Part shown: one piece after another, positions 41,611-51,780 of the stretch
How positions within the stretch are numbered: the first letter of the stretch is position 1
Layout: each line of letters begins with the position of its first letter
Assembly: GCA_965238275.1 (NCBI GenBank)
Contig: OZ250186.1
Span: forward strand, 2,080,001-2,144,000
Direction: 5' to 3'
From: Nitrosopumilus sp.
GTDB taxonomy: Archaea; Thermoproteota; Nitrososphaeria; Nitrososphaerales; Nitrosopumilaceae
Length of the DNA: 64,000 nucleotides
Position numbers and translations under genes: made by a program
The notes under the pieces: generated by a model
Databases searched by the model: none
What the model saw: the letters and a program-made list of their open reading frames with translations, nothing else
Told to the model about the DNA's origin: nothing

Positions 41611-41756
41611 CGCCGGATGTAGTGTTCGGGCATTATTAATTCATAAGACAGCATGTTGTGCCTTCCCCGCACGGGCATCCACGGATACGGCCGGCTGGTA
41701 TGCAGCCACGCCATCACCATCATTCACATGCAGGTACGAACGCCAATCCTGCACAT

Positions 41757-42434
41757 CTATGACTCCCGCCTCTGCCGTTCAAACCGTCCCCGAAACAGGA
41801 CAGCGACGATCACGGTTCCCACAAAGGGCGCGCTCCAGTACAGCCAGAGATAATCAAGCACTCCTGAGAACAGCGCAGGCGCCAGCGCCCTTGCAGGATT
41901 CATCGATGCCCCGGATATGAAAGACAGGAAGAGTATGTCCAGCCCCACTATCCCGCCGATTGCAATCCCGCTGAATCCCCTCAGCCCCTTCGTATACACC
42001 ACTGCAAATATCACCGCCATGAGCAGTGCAGATGCCAGTACCTCCACTGGAAATATCAAGGACAGTGGATAGTCCGGACTTGGCGCGTTTGCCCCAAGGT
42101 CAGCCTCTCTGCCAATCACGCCCATCACGAACAATGATCCCAGCAGGGCCCCGATCATCTCTGCTGCAAAATACCACGCTATCTGTATCCTCGTGATGTG
42201 CCCTGTGATGTAGTACCCGATAGTCACTGCGGGGTTGAAGTGGGCCATTGAGATCCGTCCAAACGAGTACACCCCGATTATCAGTGCCACAAACGGTGCA
42301 GCAGCCGCAATCCAGACCCCGTACAGTCCCCCGACCTGGACATCATGCACTATCGAGCCGGTTGCAAATACCACAAGGACAAACGTCCCCACCAGTTCCA
42401 CTGCAAACATTTGAAGGTTGGAGTACGCCATCAT
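41757..42434 (-). CDS. MIP/aquaporin channel in an ars operon
   Basis: HFNPAVT and SMNPAR; ATGA-coupled to arsC. Confidence 0.92.
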   Translation of the reverse strand: MMAYSNLQMFAVELVGTFVLVVFATGSIVHDVQVGGLYGVWIAAAAPFVALIIGVYSFGRISMAHFNPAVTIGYYITGHITRIQIAWYFAAEMIGALLGSLFVMGVIGREADLGANAPSPDYPLSLIFPVEVLASALLMAVIFAVVYTKGLRGFSGIAIGGIVGLDILFLSFISGASMNPARALAPALFSGVLDYLWLYWSAPFVGTVIVAVLFRGRFERQRRES

Positions 42435-42826
42435 GCATCGAGTTCTTCAATCAGGCGCAGAACCCGCCCCCTTATCTCATCACGAATCCTCCTGGCCTGC
42501 CCAATGTCTGCATCCCTGGGATCCGTTATCTTCCAGTCGGCCATGCCCTTGACAAGTGTTACAGGGCATGACTCCTCATCGATGCATCCCATGCTGATTG
42601 GGACTGATTCGCCGAGCATCCTGTCTGTCAGTACCTTGGGCTTCTGCTGCGTAATGTCTATTCCAACCTCCCCCATCACCTGCACCACAATAGGATTCAG
42701 CCCGGATCCGGGTTCTGTGCCTGCGCTCATTACATCAAGGTGCGGAGCAAGATTCCGGATGAACCCCTCTGCCATCTGGCTGCGTCCCGCATTCTCCCTG
42801 CAGATGAAAAGGATTTTTCTTGCCAT
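42431..42826 (-). CDS. arsC: Arsenate reductase (LMW-PTP fold)
   Basis: CRENAGRSQMAE, GC..CP, WKITDP. Confidence 0.88.
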   Translation of the reverse strand: MARKILFICRENAGRSQMAEGFIRNLAPHLDVMSAGTEPGSGLNPIVVQVMGEVGIDITQQKPKVLTDRMLGESVPISMGCIDEESCPVTLVKGMADWKITDPRDADIGQARRIRDEIRGRVLRLIEELDA

Positions 42827-42831
42827 GCCAT

Positions 42832-42869
42832 CATATAAATATTAGTTTATATAAATTTACATTTATATG
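42832..42869. promoter_or_regulatory. Divergent arsC/arsR promoter with inverted repeats (putative ArsR operator)
   Basis: CATATAAAT...ATTTATATG perfect 9-bp IR enclosing two overlapping ATATAAA-N6-TTTATAT palindromes. Confidence 0.55.
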
Positions 42870-43163
42870 AATGGAATCGGACTTTTAAGATGCATCTGCG
42901 ATGAGGCGCGTTTTGAGATTCTAACGATGCTTCAGGACGGGGAGTCGTCGGTGGGCGAGCTGGTCTACAAAACTGGAAAGGACCAGCCGCTGGTCTCGCA
43001 CCACCTGAGAACCCTGAAGAGGTGCGGGATTGTCAGGTCAAGGGACGAGGGAAAGAGGGCCATGTACAGCATATCAAGCCCGCAGCTCTCCGCGCTGATT
43101 GCAGATATCACGGCTGCCAGCAAAAAGATTCCGGTGCTGTGTGATGGGACGACGTGCTGCTAG
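42867..43163 (+). CDS. arsR: ArsR/SmtB repressor with C-terminal vicinal cysteines
   Basis: QPLVSHHLRTL HTH; ends LCDGTTCC. Confidence 0.9.
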   Translation: MNGIGLLRCICDEARFEILTMLQDGESSVGELVYKTGKDQPLVSHHLRTLKRCGIVRSRDEGKRAMYSISSPQLSALIADITAASKKIPVLCDGTTCC

Positions 43164-43810
43164 TCTGCAGGGGACGGCTGGACATTCTTCGGGTCGTACT
43201 CCCCGGTCACGATATAGTTGACTGCCTTGCTCATAAACAGGGCGTGGTCTGCAATCCTTTCAAGATATTTTAGCAAAAGCGCCTCGGCCAGCGCGCAGCG
43301 GGTATCATCGGAGTTAATCAGCATCGGGATCCTCTCCAGGTACAGCTTGTCGACGTACTCTTCGTTCATCTGGATCAGGTTTGCCTTTCCGGTATCAAGC
43401 AGTGCAAAGGACTGCATGGCATCCTTGGTCATCCGGAGCGTCTCGTTTGAGACCTGGTACAGCCATTCTGTCTTGCACGATGAGATGTCGCCAAACTTGT
43501 CGCGTACAAGCGTGATATCATAGGCATAGCGGCCAAACCGGTGGAATGTGTAGGAGATCTCGATTGCAGAACGGATGAATCTGAAATCAGATGCCACCGG
43601 CTGGAACTTTAGAATCGTGTCGAATATCAGGTTTCCCACATCATGATACCTGTCAGTTATGCGTGCCGAGAGATCCCGGACCTGATTGATGGTGTTGGTC
43701 CCCTTGATGTATGAGTCTATTGCAAGCTCAACGCACTGGATTGCAAGATCCCCCATCTCGGACAGCGAGGCGGAGAGCTGCCCAAGGTTTGGATCCATCA
43801 ACCTGGTCAT
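43160..43810 (-). CDS. phoU: Phosphate regulator PhoU
   Basis: FQPVASDFR, RFGRYA, LERIADHA. Confidence 0.92.
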   Translation of the reverse strand: MTRLMDPNLGQLSASLSEMGDLAIQCVELAIDSYIKGTNTINQVRDLSARITDRYHDVGNLIFDTILKFQPVASDFRFIRSAIEISYTFHRFGRYAYDITLVRDKFGDISSCKTEWLYQVSNETLRMTKDAMQSFALLDTGKANLIQMNEEYVDKLYLERIPMLINSDDTRCALAEALLLKYLERIADHALFMSKAVNYIVTGEYDPKNVQPSPAD

Positions 43811-43843
43811 ACAGGCTTAAGCGTGATTCTGATACTTTAATTA

Positions 43844-44943
43844 TACTGACGCGCAAAAGTTTTTGAGCAGATACCCTAGCCAACCGCAAAGTTTCTAGAT
43901 CAGGCTCCCTTCAGTGAGACATGAACGACACCAAACTGGAAGAACTCGAAAAGGTGTACAAAAAGGAAAAGGACCACAAGGTCCGAGCCAGAATGGTTGT
44001 GGTGCGCATGGTGCGCGTGCGCAACATGACCGTGGAGGAAACTGCTGACATTCAAGGACGTAGCCCAAACTGGGTCCGTAACTGGTTGCGCCGCTTCGAC
44101 GACGGGGGCCTGCAAGGCCTCCGTGATCTTCCACGATGCGGACGGCCCAGAAGGATTCCGCGAGATGTCATCGATGGAATAATTGCAAAGGCATCCTGCT
44201 GTAAAATCACACCCTCGGAGTTGCAGCAGAAGATACGCAAGGACACGGGCGTAAAACTTCACATCACGTACGTCAGGAAAATCATGCACCAGCACAACCT
44301 GTCTCCGAAGGCACCACGAAAGGTCCACGTCAATCGGGCCAACAAGAAGGCCGTGCAGAACTGGAAATATCGCTTCAACAAGCGGGTTTCACGCCTAGAA
44401 AAGGATGGTTTCACCGTATTAATGGAGGACGAGGCAATTTTCATACACGACGTGATAGTCGGCTGCAAATACTGGTCCCCGGTGGGCCGTTCCATAAGCG
44501 TGCCGTATACTGGCAGTCACAAGAGGATCGCAGCGTACGGTTCAATTGCCAAGGACGGCAGGCAGTTCTTCCGGACGTATGAGAAATTTGACGGGCCCAC
44601 GTTTGTCAGATACCTCAAGGATCTGCACAGGCACTTTGGCAAGGTGGTGGTGACCGCAGACAGGGCACCGCAGCACCGCTCAAAACTGGTAAAGGAATTT
44701 CTGCGAAATAACAAGGACGTCAAGATGATCTATTTGCCAAAGGGCTCGCCGTACCTCAACGCGATGGAAGAGTGCTGGCACCAGGGAAAGCGCGTCCTGC
44801 TAGTCTCCGAATATTACAGGACATTCCAAGACATGCACCGGGCAGTTTCGCTGTATTATCGAACCATCAGATTCAAGCTTGACCTTCTCAAATTTACCAG
44901 CCGAAAATATGAGATGCTGTGCAAGGACTTTTGATCGTCAGTA
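43844..44943 (+). mobile_element. IS630-family insertion sequence between pstB and phoU
   Basis: TIR TACTGACGCGCAAAAGTTTTTG vs rc TACTGACGATCAAAAGTCCTTG (18/22); TA at 43842-43843 and 44944-44945. Confidence 0.88.
43921..44934 (+). CDS. IS630-family transposase (uninterrupted)
   Basis: HTH, GRP, EDEA, ADRAPQH, LPKGSPYLNAMEECW. Confidence 0.93.
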   Translation: MNDTKLEELEKVYKKEKDHKVRARMVVVRMVRVRNMTVEETADIQGRSPNWVRNWLRRFDDGGLQGLRDLPRCGRPRRIPRDVIDGIIAKASCCKITPSELQQKIRKDTGVKLHITYVRKIMHQHNLSPKAPRKVHVNRANKKAVQNWKYRFNKRVSRLEKDGFTVLMEDEAIFIHDVIVGCKYWSPVGRSISVPYTGSHKRIAAYGSIAKDGRQFFRTYEKFDGPTFVRYLKDLHRHFGKVVVTADRAPQHRSKLVKEFLRNNKDVKMIYLPKGSPYLNAMEECWHQGKRVLLVSEYYRTFQDMHRAVSLYYRTIRFKLDLLKFTSRKYEMLCKDF

Positions 44944-44946
44944 TAG

Positions 44947-45771
44947 CTATCCGAACTGGCCTTCTACGTATCTTGTAGTGAGTTCGTTTTTGGGGTTTTG
45001 GAATATCTGTGCCGTGTCCCCATGCTCAACCAGATCACCCAGATACATGAATGCCGTATAGTCAGAACATCGGATTGCCTGCTGCATGTTGTGGGTTACA
45101 ATGATGATGCAGTACTCTTTTGCCAGCTCCCTTATCATCTCCTCAATCTTCTGTGTCGCGATTGGGTCAAGGGCCGATGCAGGCTCGTCCATCAACAGCA
45201 CCTCGGGCTGTATTGCCAGTGCACGTGCAATGCAGAGTCGCTGCTGCTGGCCGCCGGAGAGGTTCATTGCAGGCTTTTTTAGATCGTCTTTGACCTCGTC
45301 CCATAGATAGGACATCTTCAGGCAGTCCTCCACGATTTCATCAAGAATGGCACGATCCTTTACCCCGTTGAGTTTTACGCCGGAGACGACGTTGTCGTAT
45401 ATGGACATTGTCGGGAACGGGTTGGGTTTTTGAAATACCATGCCGACCTTTCGCCTGTGGTATATCGGATCTATGCTGCCATCATACAGATCAGCCGAGT
45501 CAATCATCACCTTCCCCTCCACCCGGGAACCCGGGGTCATGTCATGCATCCTGTTCAGGCATCTGAGAAACGTCGTCTTGCCGCATCCGGACGGGCCGAT
45601 CAGCGCGGTGACGGAGTTTTCAGGAAACTTCAGACTGATGTCCTTGACTGCAAGGTAGTCGCCATAGTACACATTTACGCCATCGGCAACCATCTTGTAA
45701 CGGATTTCAGGTTTTGCAGAGAGCGGTGCTTGGGGTTCGACATTGCCATCCCGTGATAGTATAGCAGTCAT
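44947..45771 (-). CDS. pstB: Phosphate ABC ATPase
   Basis: [38 protein letters not shown]. Confidence 0.97.
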   Translation of the reverse strand: MTAILSRDGNVEPQAPLSAKPEIRYKMVADGVNVYYGDYLAVKDISLKFPENSVTALIGPSGCGKTTFLRCLNRMHDMTPGSRVEGKVMIDSADLYDGSIDPIYHRRKVGMVFQKPNPFPTMSIYDNVVSGVKLNGVKDRAILDEIVEDCLKMSYLWDEVKDDLKKPAMNLSGGQQQRLCIARALAIQPEVLLMDEPASALDPIATQKIEEMIRELAKEYCIIIVTHNMQQAIRCSDYTAFMYLGDLVEHGDTAQIFQNPKNELTTRYVEGQFG

Positions 45772-46700
45772 CCCTTGTTTGCTCCTGCCACGCTCTTTGG
45801 CAATAAACCTTTACTCCCCCGCCGTCCCTGAAAGTAGTACCTGACGCCTACATGTATTGCAAGGATTATGATCACCAGTACGAGCGCGGCCCCCCAGCCT
45901 GCCAGACGTGCATCCTCGTACGGGAGCAGCGAGAACCGCCATATTCTCAGCGGCAGCGCGTCCATGGGCGCATCCAGGCTTGCGAAGAACTGGCTGCTGC
46001 CCAGAATGGTCATTATGAGGGGGGCAGTCTCGCCGCCAATGCGCGATACGGACAATAATATTCCAGTCAGCATGCCACGTTTTGCAGTCGCAAGCACTAT
46101 TCGAAATGCAATGGTGACCTTTTTCATTCCCAGTGCAACTCCTGCCTCCCTGTATGTCCATGGGACCATCTTGAGCTGCTCCTCGGTGGAGCGTGCAACG
46201 ATCGGGAACATGATCAGCGACAGCGCAAAGGCGCCGGCCCAGATTGAAAAGTGTCCCAAAAGCAGGACGACTGCCAGAAACGCAAACAGGCCAAGAACGA
46301 TGGAGGGAATCTGCATGAACACGTCCAGAAAGAGCCTGATCTGCTTGGTGATTCTGTTGTTTCCCACCTCGGAGAGATAGATTCCGGCACAAACCCCCAG
46401 CGGAATTCCTATGAGGGACGAGAGCCCGATTATTATCAGGGTTCCCTGGATGGCAGGCCCGATGTTGATGGCTCCGGCCCCGATCGCCCCCGGCGTCTGG
46501 GTAAAGAAGTCAAGCGTGAGTGCCGGCGCTCCCCCCACCACAAGCTGCCCCAGTATCCAGAACAGCGGAATAATTGCAATAAACGCACAGCAGGTGATGC
46601 CGCCGATCATGACCTTGTCGACTGTAAGCCTCCTGCCTACGTTTGACTTGAACATCGCACGAATCTCTGCGCGCCGCCGGCTCCTGGGAGTCACGCTCAA
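45768..46700 (-). CDS. pstA: Phosphate ABC permease
   Basis: [18 protein letters not shown]. Confidence 0.94.
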   Translation of the reverse strand: MSVTPRSRRRAEIRAMFKSNVGRRLTVDKVMIGGITCCAFIAIIPLFWILGQLVVGGAPALTLDFFTQTPGAIGAGAINIGPAIQGTLIIIGLSSLIGIPLGVCAGIYLSEVGNNRITKQIRLFLDVFMQIPSIVLGLFAFLAVVLLLGHFSIWAGAFALSLIMFPIVARSTEEQLKMVPWTYREAGVALGMKKVTIAFRIVLATAKRGMLTGILLSVSRIGGETAPLIMTILGSSQFFASLDAPMDALPLRIWRFSLLPYEDARLAGWGAALVLVIIILAIHVGVRYYFQGRRGSKGLLPKSVAGANKG

Positions 46701-47680
46701 TGGACGCTCCCCTCCTGGACCTTTATCATCCTTGTAACGATATAGTGGGCAAACACGCTTACTGCCATTGCAACCAGCAGCAGCACGAGTCCCACCCCGA
46801 TCAGCGCAGGCAGGTGCAGGGACGCGGGGGATGCCTCGATGAACTCGTTGGCAATGATGCTGGACATGGTCTGGCTTGGATGAAAGAGCGACTGCGGTAT
46901 TGCCGAGAATCCGATGGTGTTTCCAATCAGCATGGTGACTGCCATGGTCTCCCCGATGGCACGTCCCAGTCCAAGGATTGAGGCGCCCATCAGCCCGGCC
47001 TTGGAGTACGGGAATACTGCCAGCCGGAACATCTCCCAGGTGGTGGAGCCGAGCATGTATGCTGCCTCCTTTTGCTGGTGCGGGACTGCCATCATCACCT
47101 CCCGGGACACGGCAGATATGGTCGGAATTATCATTATTGCAAGTATGATGCTTGCAGAGAGGACGTCTAGCCCGAACGGCGTTCCCGAGAACAGGAATAT
47201 CGAGTCGCCAAACATGTCATGGAGGGGCTTTTCAATTATGTCCCTAAAGTAGATTCTAAAGATGAACAGTCCCCACAGCCCGTAGACTACGCTTGGCACT
47301 GCCTCAAGCAGCTCGATGAGATACCCCATGGGCTGGCCGATCCGTTTTGGGACTATCATTACAAACATTGCTATGCCGATGCTGAGCGGCAGGGCAATCA
47401 CCATTGCAATCGCAGAGGTTACCAGCGTGCCCACTATGTATGGCAGGGCGCCAAACGACTCCCTCCCCTCCACGGGGTTCCAGTCGGTTCCCCCGATGAA
47501 GCCTGCGACGCCCTCCTCCTCCCAGATCGGTCCGGACTCCCAGCCAAGCTGCAGGACCATGATGGCAATTATGGCAAGCACGTAGATTCCTGCGATGGTC
47601 GTTCCCACCTTGAAGATCTTGTCGGCAAGCGGGGATCTGCCCTCCTTTCTTATCCGGCCTGCAAGATGATCCCTTGGCAT
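46697..47680 (-). CDS. pstC: Phosphate ABC permease
   Basis: VPSVVYGLWG, GRAIGETMAV, IANEF. Confidence 0.95.
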   Translation of the reverse strand: MPRDHLAGRIRKEGRSPLADKIFKVGTTIAGIYVLAIIAIMVLQLGWESGPIWEEEGVAGFIGGTDWNPVEGRESFGALPYIVGTLVTSAIAMVIALPLSIGIAMFVMIVPKRIGQPMGYLIELLEAVPSVVYGLWGLFIFRIYFRDIIEKPLHDMFGDSIFLFSGTPFGLDVLSASIILAIMIIPTISAVSREVMMAVPHQQKEAAYMLGSTTWEMFRLAVFPYSKAGLMGASILGLGRAIGETMAVTMLIGNTIGFSAIPQSLFHPSQTMSSIIANEFIEASPASLHLPALIGVGLVLLLVAMAVSVFAHYIVTRMIKVQEGSVH

Positions 47681-47984
47681 ACTGTATAGGCAGGATCATA
47701 CTAAATCTCAAATGCGAATATAGTTTATGTTGTCAATAGATCTACATTATGTCTATATAGAACATCAAACATATCAGTATATTCCATAAAATACAAGTCA
47801 TTCCATGGCACTGGTCAAACCCCACACGCAGACTTTGGATCAGCGGCGGCCCCACTCACACACGTCGTCTCGCCCCCAAAGACGCGGGTTGAAGACCAGA
47901 GACTGGGGGGGTCTGCCGGCCGTATTCAGCTGTATTCGGTCTGTACCTGCGATGAAAGAAGGATATAAAAAAAAGCAGTTGCTT

Positions 47985-49223
47985 TTATTCCAGTTTGATG
48001 ATGCCCTGATTTATCAGGTAGGTGATTGCACTGATCAGCTCGTCATCAGATATCAGTCCGTCTCCGTAGAATTTGAATACTTGTTGTACCCATGCAGGAA
48101 TCTTGTCCTCTTCTGGCTCCTGAACTTCAACGCTGACAGGGCCGGCGTATACTGGCTGGCCGTCATAGGTGATATTGGAGAGTCCCTCCAGTCCGATGTT
48201 GGCTACGGGTGCTGCGATTGGCACGTATAGCAGATCATCGTTGAACTCTTGGCCGTCAGTTATGATCCAGGCGACGAGGTTTACAACCTCCACTGCATGA
48301 TCAAGGTCCCTTACTGATCCCTTCAGATCAGGGTGCAGCAGTATGTATGAGAAGCTGGTGATTGGGTACGAGTTATCCCCGGGTGCTGCCAGCAGGTCAA
48401 CACTTCTCCAGCTCTCCTGCGCGGCAGGCAGAGTGGCTGCTGCCCCCTCGGATGCATCAGATGCGCTCTCCAAGGTTGGCAGTACAAAGTTTGTTTCGTC
48501 ACCATTCTCAATGGCTGCAGTTGTAAGATCATTCTGGAAGGCATAGGCAAGGGTGACATAGCCGATTGAGCCTTCTGTCGTGGTTACGATGCCTGCGACT
48601 CCCTCGTTTCCTGGAGAGCCGATGCCGATGGGCCATGGAACGCTCTTGCCTGCACCTACCCGCTCATCCCACTCAGGACAGACCTTGGTAAGATAACTGG
48701 TAAATGCAAACGTCGTGCCGGATCCGTCAGACCTGTGCACTATAATGACATCCTGATCAGGTATCTCCAGGTCGGGATTGGCCTCGGCAATCAGGGGATC
48801 ATTCCAAGATTTAATCTTGCCCAGATGCATGTCACACAGCGCCTCTGGCGTGATCCTGATTCCCGTATCCACTCCCGGAATGTTGTACACCAGGGATATG
48901 GCACCGATCATCACAGGGATCGTAAGTGTATCGGGCGCCCGCTCATATTCGGAATCCCGGAGCGGGACATCAGATGCTGCAAAGTTTACCGTCTTTTGGA
49001 TGTGCTGCGTGACGCCGCCGCCGCTGCCAATTGACTGGTAGTTCATCTGCACGTCGGGGCGTACCTCGGCATACTTTACCCTCCACAAGTCCATCAGGGG
49101 GAACGCAAACGATGCGCCGGCCCCGTCAATTCTTGTCTGGTCTCCCTGTGCATCTGCATGGTATGGCGGAACAGCAGAGATCAAGAGTACTGCGATCAAC
49201 ACCATAGAAGTCGCTTTCTTCAT
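47985..49223 (-). CDS. pstS: Phosphate-binding protein with thaumarchaeal C-terminal surface domain
   Basis: GAGASF, GSGGG, HRSDGSGTT; signal peptide; tail IPAWV..ISDDEL..YLINQGII. Confidence 0.95.
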   Translation of the reverse strand: MKKATSMVLIAVLLISAVPPYHADAQGDQTRIDGAGASFAFPLMDLWRVKYAEVRPDVQMNYQSIGSGGGVTQHIQKTVNFAASDVPLRDSEYERAPDTLTIPVMIGAISLVYNIPGVDTGIRITPEALCDMHLGKIKSWNDPLIAEANPDLEIPDQDVIIVHRSDGSGTTFAFTSYLTKVCPEWDERVGAGKSVPWPIGIGSPGNEGVAGIVTTTEGSIGYVTLAYAFQNDLTTAAIENGDETNFVLPTLESASDASEGAAATLPAAQESWRSVDLLAAPGDNSYPITSFSYILLHPDLKGSVRDLDHAVEVVNLVAWIITDGQEFNDDLLYVPIAAPVANIGLEGLSNITYDGQPVYAGPVSVEVQEPEEDKIPAWVQQVFKFYGDGLISDDELISAITYLINQGIIKLE

Positions 49224-49329
49224 TATTGGGATGGGTGTTATGTGGTATATAGAAATACCAGACATGGATTACGATACTGCCATACATGCTATATAGAGTG
49301 GATGCCGTCCCGGGCTACAGGCCGGTCCG

Positions 49330-50892
49330 TCACGACTCGCAGTTTGCCAGAAGATCATTGCTGCCTACATGTGCATGGCAGTCGTCTGAATCAGAACCGC
49401 CGTTAATTATATCGTCTCCTTCCCCGCCGTCAATCGCATCATCACCAGATTCCCCCTTGATGATATCGTCGCCTGCATTGCCATATATTGCATCATCGCC
49501 AGACCCGCCAAATATGATGTCGGCCCCGTCCCCGCCAAAGATGCAGTCGCTGCCTGATGCCCCGTTGATGTGATCATCGCCGCCCAGTCCGAATATCAGA
49601 TCCCTCTCTTCGGTGCCAATGAGGGCGTCGTCGATGGTGGTTCCGCGAATCATGCTAAATTCAGAGTGTGATTCCCCGCACGCCAGAACCGTGATGTACT
49701 GGTATCCCTCAGACGTGTTCCGGGCGTTGTCAGATGCTATCCACGTAATCTTTGTCACTCCCAGCGGAAACTTGTCTGGGGCGTTGTTCAGGATTGTGTG
49801 TATGCCGCCTTCATCTGTTGCGACTGCCTGGCCAACGGAGATATTGGTATAGAGATCATCTGCATTCACGACCATGTCCGAGGGAAGAGTCAGCACTGGA
49901 CGGATCACGTCTGTTGAGTCCACTTCAGGCTCGTCCGTATCAACTGGCAGCTCCGGAGTCACCGGGGGTGCCACATATGAGGGGGTCGTGTAGGCATGGA
50001 TTGCGTGGTTGAACGAGTCAACTGCATACAGCTCGCCGTTTATGCCTATTGCAACATCAGCATAGCGTGCAGACGATGACTCGGTTATACTGTAGTCTGA
50101 AGGCGATATGGCCGAATCGGAATCAGACTCAAAGTAGTACAGCATCCCCTGGCCGGCATCGGTCACATACAGTCCGCCTGCGCCATCTGCATGAATTCCG
50201 CCGGGCAGAAAGTTGCTGTATTCTGTAAATGACAAAAGGCGCAGATGGCTGCCATCCGAATCAAACACCTCTATCTTTTGGTTTCCCTTGTCAGTCACGT
50301 ATATGGTTCCGTTGCCACCGATATGGATTCCGTTGGGGGTAAGAAACTGGCCTGCACCTGTCCCGCTTGAACCAATGGACAGTACAAACTCGCCGTCTGC
50401 AGTAAACTTTTGCACCCGGTAGTTTCCAGTATCCACCACATATACAGATCCGTTATACGTGGCGATGTCGTCAGGCAGCAGCAGCATGCCGTCGGATCTG
50501 CCGCGCTCGCCCCACTCGGACACGTATGTTCCGTTGTGGGCAAATTTTTGTATACGGTTCAGGTTACGATCGGCGACATAGACAAACGAGTCATCGGATG
50601 CGATGCCTGTTGGATAATGAAACTGGCCGTCTCCGCGTCCGCTGGAGCCCCATTCAAGGACAAACTCCCCGCCTGCGTCAAACTTTTGAATCCGCTTGTT
50701 TCCATAATCACTCACATAGACGTTGCCGGATTCGTCAACGTCAACAAACTGCGGGTGTGAGAACAATCCGGGGTCTGATATTCCAAACGAGCCCCATTCA
50801 TACAGGCTTTCATGCTCAAATGCGTATGAATACTGGACTCCGACAAGTATGACAGCAGACAGTGCCAGTACGGCCAGATGTATCATTGCCAA
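49330..50892 (-). CDS. Secreted NHL-repeat beta-propeller + HYR-like domain + RTX-type Ca-binding repeats
   Basis: Repeated YVxDxxNxRIQKF units, DxIRPVL..FPLGVTKITWIASD, GGxGxD nonapeptides. Confidence 0.85.
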   Translation of the reverse strand: MAMIHLAVLALSAVILVGVQYSYAFEHESLYEWGSFGISDPGLFSHPQFVDVDESGNVYVSDYGNKRIQKFDAGGEFVLEWGSSGRGDGQFHYPTGIASDDSFVYVADRNLNRIQKFAHNGTYVSEWGERGRSDGMLLLPDDIATYNGSVYVVDTGNYRVQKFTADGEFVLSIGSSGTGAGQFLTPNGIHIGGNGTIYVTDKGNQKIEVFDSDGSHLRLLSFTEYSNFLPGGIHADGAGGLYVTDAGQGMLYYFESDSDSAISPSDYSITESSSARYADVAIGINGELYAVDSFNHAIHAYTTPSYVAPPVTPELPVDTDEPEVDSTDVIRPVLTLPSDMVVNADDLYTNISVGQAVATDEGGIHTILNNAPDKFPLGVTKITWIASDNARNTSEGYQYITVLACGESHSEFSMIRGTTIDDALIGTEERDLIFGLGGDDHINGASGSDCIFGGDGADIIFGGSGDDAIYGNAGDDIIKGESGDDAIDGGEGDDIINGGSDSDDCHAHVGSNDLLANCES

Positions 50893-50994
50893 TGCCAGAA
50901 TGTTGCCAAGTTTGGCAAATATTGCACATGTAAGAAAACATTGTTGTTTTGGTCAAAATAGATACTGTTGACCTATCGGGACCCCAAATTAAAG

Positions 50995-51780
50995 TCAGAA
51001 CGGCTTGTTTACCTCGCGCGTAAAGACGTAGCTTGTCAGGACGACCATCGCAAGCACGAATACAAGGATTATTCCAAGACTGAGCAGCACCGAAACCCCT
51101 TCCTCTGATACTCCAGTCATCATCTCCCTTACCAGCAGGACAGTATAGGTCACGGGGTTCAGTTTTGCAATTGCAGCCAGCCAGTCAGGGAGAAGCGACA
51201 GCGGGAAGAGGGCCGGACTGAGCATGAACAGGGGCATTCCAAGAAAGTTGATCATTCCCCAGAACGTCTCCTGGGATTTTGCAGTCGCGGCAATCGCCAC
51301 AGAGATTCCAGAGAATCCCAGCGAGAACAGAATCACGATTGCCATGATTGGTATGATCATTATCGGGTTGGGAAACTCTACCCCTATCGCCAGAACGATT
51401 CCCAGGATCAGGCTGGCCTGCAGGGCCGCAATCATGGCTATTGCAGACATCTTTCCGACGGCTATTGCAGAACGCGAGATTGGCGAGGTCAGCGCCTTGT
51501 TCATAAAGCCGTAGCGCCGATCCCACAGCGTGTTGACGCCTCCAAAGATGCTGGTAAAGATGGCAGTGAGGATGATGACGCCGGGGGCCATAAACTCGAT
51601 GTACTCTCCGTCAAACCCGGCTGACTGTAAAAGTGGCTGGGTCTCTGCAAAGGTGTTTCCAATTACCAGAATCCATACTGCGGGCTGGATCAGCCTGATC
51701 AGTACTCCGCTCCGGGACTTTTTGTACCTCTTCATCTCCCGCCAGAATATCGTGTATGTGTCACGAATTATGGTGCTCAT
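50995..51780 (-). CDS. ABC-2 exporter permease
   Basis: TM-rich, PGV, DRRYG, LNPVTY. Confidence 0.9.
   Translation of the reverse strand: MSTIIRDTYTIFWREMKRYKKSRSGVLIRLIQPAVWILVIGNTFAETQPLLQSAGFDGEYIEFMAPGVIILTAIFTSIFGGVNTLWDRRYGFMNKALTSPISRSAIAVGKMSAIAMIAALQASLILGIVLAIGVEFPNPIMIIPIMAIVILFSLGFSGISVAIAATAKSQETFWGMINFLGMPLFMLSPALFPLSLLPDWLAAIAKLNPVTYTVLLVREMMTGVSEEGVSVLLSLGIILVFVLAMVVLTSYVFTREVNKPF

Noticed and set aside
19183-41650. Possible large inversion splitting hemAB from hemLC-cobA-hemD
   Set aside because: No breakpoint repeats seen, and the arrangement may be ancestral; untestable without comparison genomes
47753-49296. CTATATAG palindromes upstream of pstC and pstS as a Pho box
   Set aside because: Cannot be distinguished from ordinary TATA boxes with only two instances
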